Below are positions 1-12,860 of a DNA stretch of 64,000 bases, piece by piece. Location: positions 431,831 through 495,830 of the forward strand of contig NMRA01000179.1 in assembly GCA_002633005.1 (NCBI GenBank). Reading direction: 5' to 3'. Made by a program: the position numbers and the translations under genes. The notes beneath the pieces are model-generated. The model made no database searches and had not been told where the DNA came from. It was given only the letters and a program-made list of their open reading frames with translations. Origin of the DNA: Phoronis australis. Lineage: Eukaryota; Animalia; Phoronida. Position 1 is the first letter of the stretch. Each line of letters opens with the position of its first letter.

Positions 1-1875
1 TTCCTACCTAGACTGTCAGATGTGATGGAACCTATTAGGCAGTTGACACGCAAGAATGTGCCGTGGACGTGGTCCGACGCACAAGAAAGTGCACTCACGC
101 AAGTGAAGAAACTTGTGTCAGAGGCACCTGTACTGAGATTTTATGACCCAGCGAAAGAGCTTTCGATCCAGTGCGACGCTAGTAAGACTGGACTTGGAGC
201 GGCACTGCTTCAAGAGGGTCAGCCGCTAGCATTTGTGAGCAGAGCATTGAGTGACGTAGAAACGCGCTATGCCCAACTAGAGAAAGAAATGCTCGCGATA
301 ACCTGGAGTGTGGAGAAATTCCACCAGTACACATTTGGGAGAACGACCCATGTGATCAGCGATCATAAACCACTTGAAAGCATCATGAAGAAAAGCCTTG
401 CCTGTGCACCGAAGCGACTTCAAGGCATGATGATGCGACTACAAAAGTATGATCTAGTGGTAACATAATGCCAAGGGAAGCAAATGTATCTCGCTGATAC
501 TTTATCTAGAGCCTATATGCCTACAACAGAGGGGCACAACAAGAATGAGTTTGAATGTGTGAATGCCACACAGTTCGTCGCAATAACTGATTCACGACTG
601 GAAGCAATCAGAAGAGCAACAGAGGCTGATCAAAGTTTGACTGTTTTGAAATCAGTCATCCAAGAAGGCTGGCCTGATGAAAAGGCACGAGTATCACCAC
701 TGGCGCAACCGTATTTCTCTATCAGAGATGAGCTGGCTATACATGATGGTATAATTTTTAGAGGTGAACGCGTTGTGGTGCCAGCCAGCCAAAGGCATAT
801 ACTCAAAGAAAAGATTCACTCCTCACATCTTGGAATAGATGGATGCCTGAGACGGGCAAGAGAATCTATCTACTGGCCGAATATGACAGCAGAGATAAGA
901 GACTACGTCTCTGGCTGCGACACATGCAGAAAATTCAAGACGGCAAACCCCACAGAACCATTGATGAGTCATGATCTTCCTGACAGACCATGGGCTAAAG
1001 TTGGAACAGATTTGTTCACATTCAATGGCAGAGAATATTTGATAGTTGTTGACTATTACAGTAATTTCAGGGAAGTACATCGACTTTACAGCACGAGCGC
1101 AACAGCTGTAATTGAGAAGCTCAAAGCACACTTCTCGCGACACGGTATTCCAGATACCATCGTGTCCGACAATGGTCCGCAATATTCGTGCCATGATTTT
1201 GTAAGATTTTGCAAATCATGGGATATTGTTCATGCAACTAGCAGTCCTGGCAATAGTAAAGCCAACGGTAAAGCAGAGTCTGCCGTGAAAACTTCTAAGC
1301 GCATATTCAGGAAATGTAAAGATTCCGGTAGTGATGTTTATTTAGCTATGTTAGATCACAGAAACACACCTACCCAAGGTTTGTTATCTAGTCCCGCACA
1401 ACGCTTGACCAAAACATTGCTGCCTACAGCCACTTCATTACTCAAACCCGAAGTAGTTAGTCAGAAGCACACAGATCGCGACCTGAAGCGTCAACAACAC
1501 AAAGAAGCACACTATTATAACAAATCCGCAAAAGAGTTGTCTGTTTTGGAAGAGGGAGATTCTGTGCGATTGCAACCCTTTACACTTGGTCAGAAAGAAT
1601 GGACCAAAGGTCCTGTTTTGAAACGGCTTGACGAGCGATCGTACTCTATTGAAACCCCGACAAGTGTTGTTCGCCGAAATCGCCAACACATAAAGCCGTC
1701 AAAAGAAGTCATACAAGCCGAGTCTGCAGACTACAAACCGGAACACATGGTTGATGAAAAATCTGTCCAAGAAAGCTCCGACCCACACACCATCAAAAGT
1801 GAAGTACGACCTAACCAGCCTGTGACAACCAGATCTGGGAGAGTGATTAAACCACCTGTGAGATACACAGAGTGA
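1..1875 (+). mobile_element. Ty3/Gypsy LTR retrotransposon pol, 3' part (end of RT, RNase H, integrase), with one in-frame stop
   Basis: RNase H motifs QCDAS..GLGAALLQ, ETRYAQLEKEMLAI, SDHKPL; integrase HHCC (H SSHLG..C..C) and DDE core (TDLF, VDYYS, SDNGPQY, NGKAESAV). ORFs 22-468 and 484-1875 share one frame separated by a single TAA at 466-468. Confidence 0.95.
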
Positions 1876-2237
1876 GGAAATTGGTCAGATTAATACCTTT
1901 CACTGTTTGTTCTTGTCACTCTGATAGTCCACCCAGAGTTGACTGGATGACCCATAGAAGTTATTTACTACAGAACTGTTTACAATGATGATCCACTAGC
2001 AGCTTGTGTTTGTTTTGATTCCAGAACACTGACACTATCACTTAACTGAACTAAGTAGATTGTTTACACTAATTTGTTACTATGCTGGAATTTGTGTCTT
2101 ATGTTAAACTGAAGATGTCAGTTTTCTATTAACTTAACTGGACACCACTGGATGACATGCACTGTGGCTGAAGACAGACTGGAGAACTTTAGATATCAAC
2201 ACTGGACCATGAGTAAGAACTTTCAGAGCAGGGAGGA

Positions 2238-2505
2238 TGTTATGTTCATGGTTTTCATTAAACTTGCAGAGTCCAAAACATAACCTTATATGGCACTGGT
2301 AGCTAGAATCATAGATTGTGTAAGTTGTGCAAAACAATTCTCTGAAATCTGATTATGACTCATGAGCATATGATCTTTAGTTCTAACAAACAAGCTTTCA
2401 GTTGAGAGTTAGACAGCATAGTGAATAGATGTATCTTGTAGATCTCTAGAATAAACCCACGTAAAACCGTAACACAGAGTTGTGTTTGAAAGAGGTTTTC
2501 ATACA
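2238..2505 (+). repeat. Probable 3' LTR of the Gypsy element
   Basis: Purine tract agagcagggagga ends at 2237 and is followed by TGTTATG; AATAAA at 2450. The end is either TAACA (2474) or CATACA (~2504). The 5' LTR is outside the window. Confidence 0.6.
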
Positions 2506-2509
2506 CACA

Positions 2510-3431
2510 CGGGTTAATTTGGTCTGCTTACATCATGGTCCAACCTCGTACACTTTTTAGTGCACTCCTAAGCCATAGTTTCAGACATAGCCGTTGAAAT
2601 CTAATTGCCTGTTTTATTGTCACCATGAAGGTCTGCCAAATATGGCTTGACCTAAAGTTAATTTACTTTTATTAGCTTTCAATCGTTAGAATGATGAAAA
2701 GCCCAATCATAAAAATGTTATCAACTATTTACTCTAGGTCTAGGAGAGTCGCATTTGGGGTACCTGGTGACTATAAAATCGTAGCAAACATTTTAACTGT
2801 AGATTGTAACTCCGGTGATGGAGTTTAGTTGGTCTACAAGGTGGGACCATGTAAGCAGACCAGAAGCGTGTTCAATAGAGTGAGCGCCTGCGAGCGATTT
2901 GAGCGCCCTCGTCCTGAACAGCTGTGTTCATATTAGCGCTCGCGAGCGCTCGCGAACAACCTCGAGAGCATGTTCGCTTAGATTTCCAAGATGGCGTCCT
3001 GCGAAGGCTTCACGTCTGCAACATATGAACCCATTATGGTTCTGCAACATGAAAACTAACCTTAAAAGTTGACCGACTCATCCGAAAGTGCAACTTAAAT
3101 TGCAGGTCGTTGACGTTGTAGCGAGGAACAGTTTCCTCCACGTAATTTTCGATTCTTGTCGTTTCAAAGCCTTCACGGGTGTTGTCTTGGGCTGCCCATA
3201 TTAATAATTATTGGCAAAGATTAATCATATTTATCGCTCAGTACGCCATAGGAAGGACTGTTAGTGTTAAGCTCATCGGCTAAGACGTTCAACACAATCT
3301 GCTTCAGAGTCGCCATACTGGATCGCACAGTGAGCGCTCACAGCTGTTCAGGAGCTGTTCCTTGTGTTCGCGAGTACACGCTAGCCGCTAGTGGGTGCTC
3401 ACTCTGTTGAACACGCTTCAGGTTAAACCCG
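2510..3431. mobile_element. MITE whose right TIR is split by a second insertion
   Basis: Left end cgggttaatttggtctgcttacatcatggtccaacctcgta; right end tacaaggtgggaccatgtaagcagaccag[insert]gttaaacccg is its imperfect reverse complement. Confidence 0.7.
2864..3418. mobile_element. Non-autonomous TIR element with 3-bp CAG TSD (PIF/Harbinger-like)
   Basis: TIRs aagcgtgttcaatagagtgagc / gctcactctgttgaacacgctt; CAG flanks both ends (2861-2863, 3419-3421). Confidence 0.75.
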
Positions 3432-3454
3432 GTCTGGTGGCTTACTTAACTTAC

Positions 3455-3618
3455 CCGTATTTTGGCGTATAGTCTATGATGTATGCAGACCTGCTGAAGT
3501 GAAGGCCTAAATGAAAACGATTGCCAATTCAGAAAAAAAACAAGTACATAATTTTTGTACTTGAAGCAATAGAATTTTACGTACCTGAGCAAGGAGTTAA
3601 TGTCGTCTCCGCTCAAAT
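3455..3618 (-). CDS. Two candidate short exons (3585-3618 and 3455-3506) encoding DLSGDDINSLLRPSLQQVCIHHRLYAKIR
   Basis: Acceptors ttttcttggacag and gttttcatttag, donors GTACGT and GTAAGT, 78-bp AT-rich intron. The first exon is open only in phase 1, matching the EGF exons. No recognisable domain. Confidence 0.35.
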
Positions 3619-4589
3619 CTGTCCAAGAAAACGCTAATAATGCAATCAACTTCTTGTCACATTTCTACCCATATGCTCGTTTCTTGCTGTTAATTTATTC
3701 ACCCCCTTATACTGCCATCTAACGGTACAGAGCGACCTCTGACGCCGATTGTCAACACTGATTTCCTAGTCTGGAGAGCCGGTTCGGTGTCTTTTTGGCT
3801 TCTTACACAAGGACCGTTCACACAGTTACGGGGTCTGTCCAAGGCTTAGACATATAGGCTAATCAGTTGTACATAACGGGGGCGGTATCTACGACCAAGG
3901 CGCCCCGATTTTACGAGCCCGGTGCGGACTGAGGGTGATATTGAAAACTAAAAGTTGGTGAATAATACATAGGTTTCATTGTAAGAATATATACTATATA
4001 TTCATACAATATTTCACACTTAAGCAATCCAATTGTTCCATGACTTAGTATCGCAGCGTTGTGATTGATACAGTTCTGATACACGGGCAAGCCAGTCGCT
4101 GATTAATAGTTGTGTGTGCAAGAACGGGGCAATTTGGTTATTCAGATCCGAAAGGTGAGATGCAATCAAGCTCGGGAGGAGCCCGAAAGCTGCACAAACA
4201 GTTGCAATTTGGTGTGAGTGAAGATGTTTACTTCTTGAACTCTGCGACTGGACTCCTCGTGTCTGACAGAGACAAAGCTTAAGTACACAATTTCAACCAA
4301 TCAGACACGATCTGAAGGGCAAGGCCCATAGCTCCTAGCTTCTGACCATATTTGGCCATGTCCAAAGGACTCAACATCATAGGAAAATTCCATACGTAAT
4401 ACACAGCTTGACCACTAGAAGGCGCATATATCTTACTTACATAATCATGTCCAGGGCACTCCTGTTACACAGTAAATAAAAGACCACCCATAGGAGTTCA
4501 TTTGGCAATATTCGCGGTTTTTGTAAGCTATGTACTTTTTCTGATCTTCATTATTTCCTATCCGTCAATCACTCATGTGGAGAATGTCT

Positions 4590-5600
4590 CGCATAGGCTA
4601 CACCAGTCACCGCTCAGATTCCCTTAGCCCTAGACAACGTTTACGATGCCTATTCAGCACGCCCTTTGTATTGATGTAGATCTGAACTTATGAAGTGGAA
4701 AGATAATAGCTAGCATTACTGTCTCAACAATGGTTGTAGTATAGTACCCCCAATTTGGTTTTCGCTGAAATTTGCAGATTTATTGCCTGCAACTCTGGAG
4801 AGTAGTTTTAACTTGGTACATTATAAATATTACAAAATGACGAAAAAGGTTAACTTGTGTTTATCTTCACAAAGGGCCACGTCCCAAAGAAACGATATGT
4901 TTCATATTGGTTTTCGTTATTTAATTTTTAATGCCCACTTGCTTGCAAATATGGTGATAACCAAACTGAAGATTTAAACTCTCTGGAAAATTTCGGGGGC
5001 GCTGACTGTATAACTATTCTGGCTGTTTGTTAGTAATAATAAATGAAAAGTGGGCTCAAGTTAAAGACAACTGTTTCCTGGTCAAAAATTTGGTTAAACG
5101 AGATTGAAAGAATATTAAAAATGAATCCATGTGATATTGTTAACACTGATCAGCGTTTGTATATCCACCGAGTTTATCAATACGCGCGTTAGTTTATCTT
5201 CAGTCGTACCCAATGGTTGTAGTTTTTAGTTATTTGTTCGTTGATTTTTAAAAATCGAAAACCGTACTTGGTTGCTTTTTTCCAGCTGAATAGCCGCCGC
5301 GTGGTGTTGCTTTTAACTAGTTAGTAGTTGATGCATCAAAGTTTTGAAAATTCGCCATTATGTTTAGTTAGCGCTAGAGGTGTTTAATACAACTACGGTC
5401 GGGTAATACACTTAATTGGGTCTTGTTCGCATCGGGCAATGCGGTCATCAAAACTGTACCTGACTCCGGTGACGCGCTCCCTTTGATCCTTGTAAAAGCC
5501 GCTCAGAAGGACGGTGAGCCGAGAAAATTCCCGCATATCTTTAGAAATACGTGACTTCCTTGTAAGCGTATTATTCAAGGTATATAGGTATGCGGCCGTT
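4590..5600 (+). repeat. Dispersed copy of the ~1.47-kb repeat also present in tandem at 23460-25710
   Basis: Shared blocks: gtcaccgctc (4607/24582), atatggtgata.ccaaactgaagattt (4950/23646), gtgatattgttaac.ctga.cagcgtttgt (5131/24044), gtgactt..tgtaagcgtattattca (5551/24391). Confidence 0.75.
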
Positions 5601-7848
5601 TGAGCCGTCTTCATGTATACAGGGTATATAACCGGTTACTTCATTATAAGATTTTCGCATCGCCTTAGTCCACAAAACTATCCCCATGATGTGCAGTGTT
5701 TTTCAGATGGCGGCACCCTAAAGAAGATAATGGTTGAAAATCATATTTCATCCTCCCATCTGCAACGGCAAGCTCTGAATTAGTCCGTTGATAGGCGTAT
5801 CCACTCAAACAGAGCATCAACTACTGGAGGTGGGACAACTAAAAGTGCACGACATCGAGATGGTTGGTAAAACTGGTACTCACCTACATGTAATCGCAAC
5901 ACCATGGTGGTTCGTCTGTTATTAAGATACGACACAACACTCTTCCCGTTTAGTGGTCAAGCCCACGCAATGCAGTACCTGGCCCATTGCTCCATGGTGG
6001 AGAAAAGCTCAAACTGGCAGGGCCCTGGTTAAGCGTTCTTTGCAGTATCGCAGCATCTCATACACTGACACACATCAGACCACATACATTCGCCCACCAC
6101 CTTTCAAAACGTTACTATTGACGTCATTGCTGATGTGAACATTTCCCCGACCCTATTTGCACCCTCTAACAATAATCGCGCTCAAAAATTTTAATCGGGC
6201 TTCCGGACTAAAGTAAAATAGCTATAGAATGCAAGAAGACGTAGCTTTGAGGATTTTTGAAACCGCATCAAAAGCCACGGCTCGTTTCGATGTACAACAT
6301 AAATTGGTTTAAACGAAATTATCGCCAACATTCGTCATTAGAAGCTTTGAATTTTTTAAATCATGATTTCGTGGAGATCGAGAATTTCCCCAAACGCCAT
6401 ATTTACCATGAAGCCTGAAAATACATGCCTTGATTATATTAGGTACAACTTTTCTTTCAAGGCCTTTGGCTGGAAAACTCGGTTGTCAAAAAATGGCCCG
6501 AAATCAACATTCTTCGAAAGAAAGAAAGTTTAAATTGTTGACAGCCGAGCTCCAGCGTTAAAAACGTGGTCTTAAAACACGAAATCATAAATACGCATAA
6601 AAACTATAGCTAATAGAATAGAGAAAGGGAACTAGCAAGTTTCATGCCAAAAATCTTGTTTGTTGCATGATTTCTGAGAAAAAAAAACAATCATGTGATA
6701 ACGTATATTTGTGTAAAATTGCCTGCATGCAGTTGTTAAGATTCTGCGATCACCAATAATTCGACTAACATAGCAAGGTCCCCATCTATTAACACAATGG
6801 TCTTTCTTACAAAACTTACTTGTGTGTGAGACGGAAATGGCGGGTACCAAGAGTTGGGGACGTGAGCTATATGGCAAAAATTAATGGCGAACGGCAAGTG
6901 AAGGAAAACTGAGATGACAGGAGACGCTCAAAGTAGGACAGCTCACAGCTCCGCAGATCTCCGAGAATTTTCATTGTCTTATAATTTGTCATGGTGCATC
7001 AACAAAATGTTCGCCATATTCGAATGACAAACATACGGACAATAAACAAAGCAAATAAACTAAGGGTCGTTATGTGTGGAACGCTCAACTTTTAGACATG
7101 TCTATTGACCGATACGAACTGAGTTCCAAACTGGTTGAAAAAGAAACGTTATTACATGTACATGTGTAGATGTTCTCTTGCACACAATACGTAACATATT
7201 GTTTCCTCGCATCACCATGCATATTAGATAATCGTCAACCAGTTCAACACGCTCATCCTCAGTGGAAAATGATACAGTCACAGTAATAAAGTAATAATAA
7301 TAGCAACAATAAACAGTAAGATGTATAAACGGTACTCCTTCCGCTTCATTTTAGTTAAAACTCATGAAAATAATTTTAACGCAAACTAATACAGTCGAAT
7401 GGGTTCTGCACAAATAGCGCTCATTCAATACAACTTCAAATATATCCAAATTTTAACCGACGAAAAGATCATTGCCTATGATCTACAGTGACCATAGTGC
7501 GGAATGGACTTCAGTGCAGCAGTGTCCAAAATCGATTACCACGTTCATCAATGGGGTTTGCTGAGTGTCACAAAATTTTAACGAGAAAATAACCAAATTT
7601 CAGTAGAAAAATTGACTTCATGTAGAATTTACCCTGGAAAACTAACATTAATCGCATCCATCACTGCCGACGTACAGTGTAGTCTAGTTAGTTAACTCTT
7701 ACGGATTCACAAGTTTCTTCTCTCTTGTAAAAAATTTCCAAATGTTATCTTCTTCACGAAATCAAATATACATAGGCAGACAAATCCAGCACAATTTTAT
7801 TGAATGGTCTACAGGCTATAGTTTTAATTGCGTTGCTAATTAACAAAC

Positions 7849-7971
7849 CTTCGCAAAAAGTTCCATTCCCAGTGAACCCTGTCAGACACGTGCAATTATA
7901 GCCTCCGACAAAATTGCTACACGTGGCACTAGCATGACAACGGATCGTGTTGTTGGCACATTCGTCAATGT
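7849..7971 (-). CDS. Calcium-binding EGF exon, intact (DIDECANNTIRCHASATCSNFVGGYNCTCLTGFTGNGTFCE)
   Basis: 123 bp, phase 1-1, tttttag acceptor, GTTTGT donor; DIDEC motif, six Cys, C-x-N-x4-Y-x-C consensus. Confidence 0.9.
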
Positions 7972-9148
7972 CTAAAAAAGAAACAAAATGTAACTAAAAT
8001 AAGAAAATCTTAGCAATTTATTATTTGAGCTATCAGAAAGTTTTACAATAAATCTAAGGTGAAAGTAAAATCTGAAAAGACCGAAATATAGTGATTTTAT
8101 ATTATCCTTCCTACCCATAGAAAATTTCATCAATTAAAACTTGAGAAATCTGTTTTAGCGGCTCCAAAACGTTTTGACACTTGAGGGCACAAGTGATACT
8201 CGCTCTATCCGAAAATCAACACAACCCATCCTAATTTTAATAGGAACACCTGTAAGTTTTCAAAAGATTATTTCAAAAGAGTCTAGGAGATGGTCCTGCA
8301 TTTATTTAAGAAAACAAGCAGACCCCAAGGTGTTGACGACTGTAATTAGCACATGTACGTGGGAGTGAAAAATAGTTAAAACAGATTTTGGTTTTGTGTT
8401 ATCCACGAATAAGTGTAATACAAACGATGAGAAATTCAAAACTGATGTAGAGTACAAAATAGGGTATTTACATGAAATACTTTGCAGTGATATGCTAACA
8501 AAACCAATCGTTATGGAATCAGATAATTGCAGTTGTAATTTAGATATGTAAGTATATTGTTAAGAAGACTCTACGCATGTACTCCGCTCATTAACATAGT
8601 AAGAATTTATCAAAATGATCACTGCAAATAGAAGAGTTCGCAAAGATGCTGCCTTCAAGGAATAGATATTGTTCATATACTTGCGCCATTTTCTGAATAG
8701 CACGTTTTCATGAGAAAAAAACCAACATAATGTCGTCGAGTGTTTAAAAGCAGTGTTATCCTAACTGCGTCAAACTCACCATCTCATCACTGACTGAAAA
8801 TGCCAAAATATCGGAACAACCTCACACGCAAATAAGAATAGAAATTCAGCATATCACGACGGTAAACTTAAATTCGCCCTCAACCACCAGCTTTGGTGAG
8901 TCTCAGAAATTGTTTAGACACAGTAACGTAATTTCTTCAACAAATTTGATGAGCATTTATTCTGGAATACTAACCCTAGTCGATTAGTTTTTTTGTCCTT
9001 CATTACCGACGTCGTCTACAAAGTCGCCTGTCACAAATTAATCAGTTTCTTGTTTCTTGCTAAAAATTTTCCAAAACTTAAAATTTATACACCAAAATAT
9101 CGTGTTTTTTTCACAGGCCGGGGTTCGTACCGTCACTAATTAGAAAAC

Positions 9149-9271
9149 CTTCACAAAAAGTTCCATTCCCAGTGAACCCTCTCACACACGTGCAATTTTA
9201 GTCTCCGACAAAATTGTTACACGTGGCGTTAGCATGACAACGGCTCATGTTGGTGGCACATTCATCAATGT
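9149..9271 (-). pseudogene. cbEGF exon copy with in-frame stop (FVGD*NC) but intact splice sites
   Basis: 123 bp; the conserved Tyr codon is TAA here (plus strand tgcaatttta vs tgcaattata); AG and GT retained. Confidence 0.85.
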
Positions 9272-9683
9272 CTACAAACAAAACCAAAATTTAACTAAAC
9301 TAAAGAAATCTTAGCAATTTATTATTTGAGCTAACAGAAAGTATCACAATAAATCTAAGGTTAAAGAAAAATATAAAAACACCGAAACAGAGTGATTTCA
9401 TATTGTCCCTCCCACCAATAAAAAATTCATTCCATCAATAAAAACTTATGAAATGTATTTTAGCAGCTCCAAAACATTTAATCTGGTATACTAACACTAG
9501 TCGATTAGTATTTGTTGTCCTTCATTACCGACGTCGTTTACGAAGCCACCTGTCATTAATTCATCAGTTTCCTCTTTCTTGTAAAAAATTTTACTCTGTT
9601 ATCTTCATCAAATTTCAAATATATAGACCAATATATCGTGTTTTTTCGCCATCTAGGGTTCTGATCATCATTAATTAACAAAC

Positions 9684-9806
9684 CTTCACAAAAAGTTCCA
9701 TTCCCAGCGAACCCTCTCAAACACGTGCAATTGTAGTCTCCAACAAAGTTGCTACACGCGGCGTTAGCGTTACAATGGTGCATGTTCATGGCGCATTCAT
9801 CAATGT
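9684..9806 (-). CDS. cbEGF exon, intact (DIDECAMNMHHCNANAACSNFVGDYNCTCLRGFAGNGTFCE)
   Basis: 123 bp, phase 1-1, AG/GT boundaries, six Cys. Confidence 0.9.
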
Positions 9807-10307
9807 CTACAAACGAAATATAAAGCATGAAAATCTTTGCACTTAATTATTTGAAATATCTAACCTATTTTGCGTGATTTTGTTCGTTCGCTCAAAAAGT
9901 CAGTATGGACAGTCAACAAAAAAGAAAAATACCTAATCATTATGATCAACAGCGACCATAGCGCTGCCTGGACTTCAGTGCACTACCGTACCAAATCTAA
10001 TACCACCCTTTTCAACGAGGTTTGGTAAGTTTCACAAAATGTTTTGGAGAAAATAATTAAATTTTATTAGGAAAATTAATTAGTATTTATTCTGGTAAAC
10101 TCATATTAATCGCACACTATTCGTTGTACATCACTGCTGATGTCGTCTTTTTCGTTATCTCGTACAAATTGTAACTTTCTTCTATCTGGTAAAAAATTTC
10201 CCACTGTTATCTTCACTACGACTTCAAATACATTTAGCTAGACAAATACAGGATAATTTTCTTTAAATGTCTATAGGCGGTTTTCATCGCGTTGCTAATT
10301 AACAAAC

Positions 10308-10430
10308 CTTCACAAAAAGTTCCATTCCCAGTGAACCCTCTCACACACGTGCAATTATAGCCTCCGACAAAATTGGTACACGTGGCGTTAGCATGACAAA
10401 GGTTCGTGTTGTTGGCACATTCATCAATGT
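10308..10430 (-). CDS. cbEGF exon, intact (DIDECANNTNLCHANATCTNFVGGYNCTCVRGFTGNGTFCE)
   Basis: 123 bp, phase 1-1, AG/GT boundaries, six Cys. Confidence 0.9.
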
Positions 10431-10814
10431 CTAGAAACGAAACAAAAATGTAACTAAAATAAGGACATCTTAGCAATTTATTGTTTAAGCTACCGAAAAC
10501 GGTCCCAAATCTTATACCACTCTTTTCAACGAAGTTTAGTGAGTTTCACAAAATGTTTGCGCGAAAATAATTAAATTCCTTTAGCAAAATTGATTCTCAT
10601 CTGCTCTCGCAAACCAACATTAATCACTTACTATTCGTTGTTCATCACTGCTGAAGTCGTCTATGGAGTTACATCTTAAAAATTCACCAGTTCCTTCACT
10701 CCTGTTAAAATATTCCCAGTGTTTTCTTCACCACGACTTCAAATACATGAATGTAGACAAATCCAGGATAACTTTATCTAAATGTCTACAGGCTATGGTT
10801 GCTAATTAACGAAC

Positions 10815-10937
10815 CTTCGCAAAATATTCCATTCCCAGTGAACCCTCTCATACACATGCAGTTATAGCCTCCGACAAAATTGCTACATGTGGCGTTAGCG
10901 TGACAATGGTCTGTGTTGTTGGCACATTCATCAATGT
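10815..10937 (-). CDS. cbEGF exon, intact (DIDECANNTDHCHANATCSNFVGGYNCMCMRGFTGNGIFCE)
   Basis: 123 bp, phase 1-1, AG/GT boundaries, six Cys; not in the supplied ORF track. Confidence 0.9.
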
Positions 10938-12132
10938 CTAAAAAGAAATAAAAATGTATTAAAATAAATAAATCTTAGCAATTTGTTATTTGAACTACCC
11001 AAAAATATCACAATAAAACTAAGATTAAATAAAATATAAAACACCGAAATACAGTGATTTTATATTTTCCTTCCCACCAATGGCGAATTCCGTCAATTAA
11101 GAACTTACGAAATCTATTTTAGCAGCTCCAAAATTTGTTGACACTTGACGGCACAAGTGTAACTAGCTCTGTCAGAAAATCAACACAACTCGTTCTCATT
11201 TCATGAGGAACACCTGTGAATTTTCAAAATGTTATTTCAAATGAGTCTAGGAGAACATCATGCATCTATTTCAGGTAACAAGCAAACCCCAGTCCTTAAC
11301 AACAGTACTTAGCAGATGTACGTGGGCGTAAAACAAAAAGTTACATGTATACAGGTTTTAATTTTGGTTACGAAATAACAGGTGCAATATAAAATGTTGA
11401 GATATTCAAGACTGATGAACAATACAAAGTAGTGTAGTTAAATACATTGCAGTGATATGACAACAAAACCAATTTTTATTGACACAGGGAAATGCAGTTG
11501 TAATTTAGATATCTTATTATATTGTTAAGAAGACTGTACACATGTACTGCGCTTATTTACAAAGTCGGAATTTATCAAAACGATCACTGCAAATAGAAAA
11601 TTTTCAAAGATATTGCCTTATAGGAACAGGTATCGTTCATATACTTGCGCCAATTTTCTGGCCACAGTGTTCTCCCGAGAGAAAAAGAAAATAATAGCAT
11701 AGAGGGTTTGAATGCATCTCACCTATGGCAATTGATAGAAATGCGAAAATATCGAACAACATCACCACAACCAGAAGCTAACAATGAAAATTCAGCATCC
11801 CTCGCTGTCAAATTTAAATTCACTCTCAACCATGAGGTTTGGTGGGTGTCAGAAATTGTCTATTCACAACAACTTAATTACTCCAACAAATTTGATAAGA
11901 ATTTATTATACACTAGTCGTTTAGTATTTGTTGTCCTTCATGACCAACGTCGTCTACGAAGTCGCTTGTTACAAATTCATCAGTTTCTTGTTTTTGTTAA
12001 TTTCCCACTGTTACGTGTATGTTCACCACGACTTTGATGACCATTTACCTTGTTATCAAATAGGTAGACAAATTAGTGACATTTCCTTAATTACGTACCG
12101 GCAGTTGTTCTTATTTTCAGTGATGAACAAAC

Positions 12133-12252
12133 CTTCGCAAAAATTTCCAATCCAAGTAAACCCTGTTGGACACATGCAACTGTAGCCTCAGAAAAAAAAA
12201 TTACACGTGGCGTTAGCGTGACAGTAGTTCTTGTTGTTGGCATATTCATCAA
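12133..12252 (-). pseudogene. Degenerate cbEGF exon copy
   Basis: Reads DEYANNKNYCHANATC..GYSCMCPTGFTWIGNFCE; acceptor lost, Cys1 changed to Tyr, stop after a T-run. Confidence 0.8.
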
Positions 12253-12744
12253 AAGCCCGACTTAAACAGGGAAATATGAGCACTTTTAATTTGAACGATA
12301 AGGAAAGACTAGGATTAATTTCAATGTTAGGTTAAAGTAAGAAACCCTGAAAACACCTATCTACAGATGTTTTAAAGTGGCCTCCTCACCAATGGTAAAC
12401 TTTGTCAATTAAGAACTTTAAAAATCTGTTTAGCATGTCCGAAACAAATTACCACTTGTAGGCACAAGAGCTCACCGACACGTTTGAAAATCAGCATCAC
12501 TCGTTCGCATTTTAATAGGAACACGTTTAAATGTTCGAGAGTTTATTTCAAAGGAGTCTAATAGATCCACATGCATGTAGATCAGACCCCAAACAGATCC
12601 CAAGACGTTCACGATAGCAATTAGTACATGTACCCGGGCGCGTAAAAATTATTCTAGGAAGTTTGGATTTTTGAATATCAATAAATACACGTAACATAAA
12701 ACATTCAAAGCTGTTGAAGCAGCACAAAATACCGTAATTAAACA

Positions 12745-12860
12745 GTTCAATTCCCAGTAAACCCTCAGACACGAGTAATTATATCCTCCGACAAAATTGC
12801 TACATGTCATTGTGGGGTTAGCGTGACAGTGGTTCATATTCATGGCACATTCATCAATGT
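12745..12860 (-). pseudogene. Degenerate cbEGF exon copy
   Basis: DIDECAMNMNHCHANPTMTCSNFVGGYNYSCL then frameshift; acceptor retained, usual donor context lost. Confidence 0.8.

Noticed and set aside
823-1689. Minus-strand ORFs within the Gypsy pol
   Set aside because: Antisense shadows of the integrase frame.
4229-4263. Possible terminal exon DTRSPVAEFKK* on the minus strand
   Set aside because: Plausible acceptor and phase, but too short to distinguish from chance without transcripts.
5887-6065. Possible minus-strand internal exon with GTGAGT donor
   Set aside because: The frame that would follow an EGF exon stops after ~18 codons, and no domain is recognisable.
10500-10800. Repeated inter-EGF block that looks like decayed coding sequence
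   Set aside because: Stops and indels differ among copies and there are no consistent splice sites; treated as duplicated intron.
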